Below are positions 61,044 to 64,000 of a stretch of DNA of 64,000 bases, piece by piece. The notes under the pieces are model-generated. The model searched no databases. It was not told the origin of the DNA and saw nothing but the letters and a program-made list of their open reading frames with translations. Within the stretch, counting starts at the first letter, position 1; every line of letters starts with the position of its first letter. Both the position numbers and the translations under genes were made by a program. The DNA comes from Balanoglossus misakiensis (lineage: Eukaryota > Animalia > Hemichordata): contig CM082597.2 in NCBI GenBank assembly GCA_040954595.2, forward strand, positions 7,279,849-7,343,848, in the 5' to 3' direction.

Positions 61044-63145
61044 TTGGCCAAAATAAAGGCGGTCCACACAAAGGATTCGGTCGAGATCACGCCTCTCGAC
61101 TCCAGCAAACCGCCCTCGCCGCTTCTGACGTCATCCAGGTGGTCTTATCGGGACCGGAGTAAACTCCGGCCGGACCTGGCGCCGTTCTACGCGGCGATAC
61201 CCGACGACATACTGACAAGAAAGAGCCGACCAAAGTTCGAGCCACCGATCACCCATCGGCCGTGCAAGCGCAAGCGCGTCAGTCTGCCCGCTCTGCATAA
61301 CGACAGCGTCTGGGAGGTGATGCGCACGTGTGAATCTCCGTGGCGACGGGCCGACACCGAATCGAAAAGCGCATACCAGTGGCCCAATGTGGAACACAGA
61401 CAGAGATCTATTCTAAGATACAGTAAAGAGATGAAATAAATGATACAGGTTGCACTCACTCCTTAAGACATGAAATGAAAATTCGTTTGTAATTATGAAA
61501 ATAAAGGTTAACTTTCATAGCCAATGGAACAGAGCACATTAAGAATTTGATTATTGTAATGATTTGTAATCCATGAATGTCATCTCACTCCCAGAACTTC
61601 ATTTTGCCGGAAACATTTACCCCGAGTTAAATTTGACCGTGACTTTGTGTTTGCCATCATTGTGTATTATTTAAGTTTAAGCACGAGTTACCTCCACATC
61701 TGCATTGTACAATACATAACGTTTACAATCTGGGAGTTTCATTTTGCTAGCTTCTACACAGTGTTCTTTCAGTCGACACAAAGTTTAATGCAGGGTTGAT
61801 TTAGGGACAGGGTTATTTTAAGCATTGCTGGCATGTCATCGATAAATGGTATTTGCTTCATGTCGTCATTATCTTATCTTGATTGTTTACTAACGCTTAG
61901 ATTTATTATGTGGTGTCACGCTAAAACACGATCTATCTAGATGGTACAGCCAAGTACCTTGCTTAAACAATAGAAGCTGGAAGGGAGTGGGACAATAGGT
62001 AATATTTAAATCTAATGTAATGACTAACTACAGGAATATTTTGAATCTAATCTGACAACTCCATCAAGTAAATTGGCATACTGCAGTATCTAAGGCACTC
62101 GCATCGCTCCTGTCAAGTCAAGCAAAGTAGTTTGTGACCAACCAACCGCAATTCTTACTCAATTCAAAGTTGCCTTGCAAGTAATAACTTGAGAAAACTT
62201 TGTTAAATTTCGAGGGTCGTACTTCTATAAAGGGATGTTAGTTGCAACTTTATATACCTACTTATATACCTATAGTACTCAACTGGTCATCATATTTTGT
62301 ATATGTGAAACGGCTAATGTTTTTTTTTTGATGAATGAACTGTAGTCCGGATTTGAATTAAAACTTTGCACAGTAACAATGCAGACTATATACACGTAGG
62401 TTGTGTTAATAAGCTGGATACTGGGTATTTGATCACGCTTCAGGAAGTTGAACAAAAAAATGCGATAGGCATACACAACGAAAATAGCGAAATGTTTCAC
62501 CTAAAATGGAACTTTAATAGAACTGATCAAAAACGCCACAGAGATGTAAATTAAACCACAAACGGAGTTGACTTGCACCAACAGAACATTGAACAATCTA
62601 CACCGATTATTGGACTTCATCTGATGAAAAGTAGCATACATTCGAAATACAGTAAACCATAACTAGAAGCTTTATCATTGCAATGATGTCACTGACCTGG
62701 AATTCGGAGTACCGGTGCTGTTGAAAAAAAACATCACATGAAAATGACGTGTCAGGCTTAATGATTATGATATACCCATACCTTGGCCTGAGTCCAGCTA
62801 CCTGTTTATTTATCACAAGTCATAAGTGGTCAGTAGCATTTATCGAAATCATTCGAAGCTTTGCTTTGCTCCCGTGCAGACGGCGTGAGTCTGACTTAGT
62901 CTGGGTGACACCATTGACATTTTGTTAATCTGTAGGAAGCTGAGGACCAATTTCGAATCTTCGTAAAGGTACGTGCAGTTACATTTTTTCAGCACGGATC
63001 TAACAGTACCCGTGCTTTCATATACGCAAGTGCAAATAACAGATGGAACCTCACTGATGTGAGTGGCTTTCAGCGAAATCTTACAGGGGAAGTTTTGTCG
63101 CCGGTCACCCTCACGCAGATCGGACTGATTAAACATACATTATAT

Positions 63146-63740
63146 TATATCATGCTACCGTCCGCAATTCTGATTGGACGAGAGCTCAATCCAGCGATGC
63201 TAAAATAGTCATATAGCACTGCTGGCAGTGCTAAAACGGGCCCCTGAACTAGCATGCGGCAGCAAAAATGTGCGGTTATACCACAGTCGCGCGTGTTTAA
63301 GCCTAATAAATAAAACAAAAATACTATTGAATTAACGGACGTTTTATTTTGGAACTGCTCTGTGGAAATTTTTGTCACTTTGCCACGTGCGATGCCCGTC
63401 TTGTCACTTTTTGTCGTCTGCTTCATGTTTAATGCTCGATCCCGGCCGCTCGTGTTTACATTCATCGTCGCCATGTTGGTTCACGGTCGTAATTTCTCTT
63501 TCTGACGCCGTTTCGGTAAGAAAATGACACTGATATGCCACAAAAACAATTGTTGATATAATATAATAGCAATAACGCCCGCCTCAGTCGGGTATACACT
63601 AGATTTGTGTACAATTCGAGACATATAGCAAATCCAAAAAAAACAGGAAAACATTTTTAAAATACCAAAAACTAATGAAACTACTAAATAGTCATGTTAG
63701 AAAAACATGACGTATACCCGCCTGCGGCGGGGGTTTTTGC
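63146..63740. mobile_element. Probable hairpin-bearing non-autonomous element
   Basis: Starts TATATCATGCTA..TTCTGATTGG and ends with the imperfect inverted repeat GCAATAACGCCCGCCTCAGTCGGGTATAC / GTATACCCGCCTGCGGCGGGGGTTTTTGC. Same layout as the 24597-24912 element in reverse. Confidence 0.5.
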
Positions 63741-64000
63741 TCAAGTAAACGTCAACCTCTGATAAAACAGCAAACACGGTCAGGTAAGGGCGACGGCAAT
63801 ATTATCGCAGACAGCCGAGTAAATAGTGCATGAGGTAGAATAATTATTATTGTCTGTCATAGAGTGCCGGGGCTTTAGCCGAGCCAGACCGGAATTTATC
63901 ATTTAACGTGAGCTCACAACAGGGCCACAGGAAATAGAACTCTTGAACTAATGCAAAATTGTGGTACCAGGTGTAAGGAATGGGTAAGCGTAGCAATATG

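Overview
AT-rich metazoan genomic DNA, probably from a marine invertebrate (inference from repeat content and gene type). Most of the window (2659-55783, + strand) is one intron-rich gene. I traced it by hand as 84 exons with consistent splice phases: 15,209 coding nt, at least 5,068 aa, with the 5' end not located. The predicted protein is a giant single-pass membrane mosaic. From N to C it has: a vitellogenin/MTP-type lipid-transfer (LLT) module, furin site RKRR, beta-strands and amphipathic helices, a catalytically dead LECT2/M23 peptidase domain, furin site RSRR, a SAP-like motif, a Cys-containing module and beta-sheet, about 19 FN3-like repeats (one interrupted by a PAN/Apple domain, one by a catalytically dead GH16 beta-glucanase-like domain), a ZU5-like module, two cadherin/bacterial-Ig-like domains, two EGF domains, a transmembrane helix, and an acidic tail with two KVAP motifs. 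The introns hold TTAA-flanked and TAA-flanked MITEs, hairpin elements and microsatellites. Downstream lie a decayed THAP + SWIM/YqaJ DNA transposon with an internal inversion, a 190-bp tandem repeat and a GC-rich orphan ORF. All domain calls are by-eye motif recognition and need HMM or structure confirmation.
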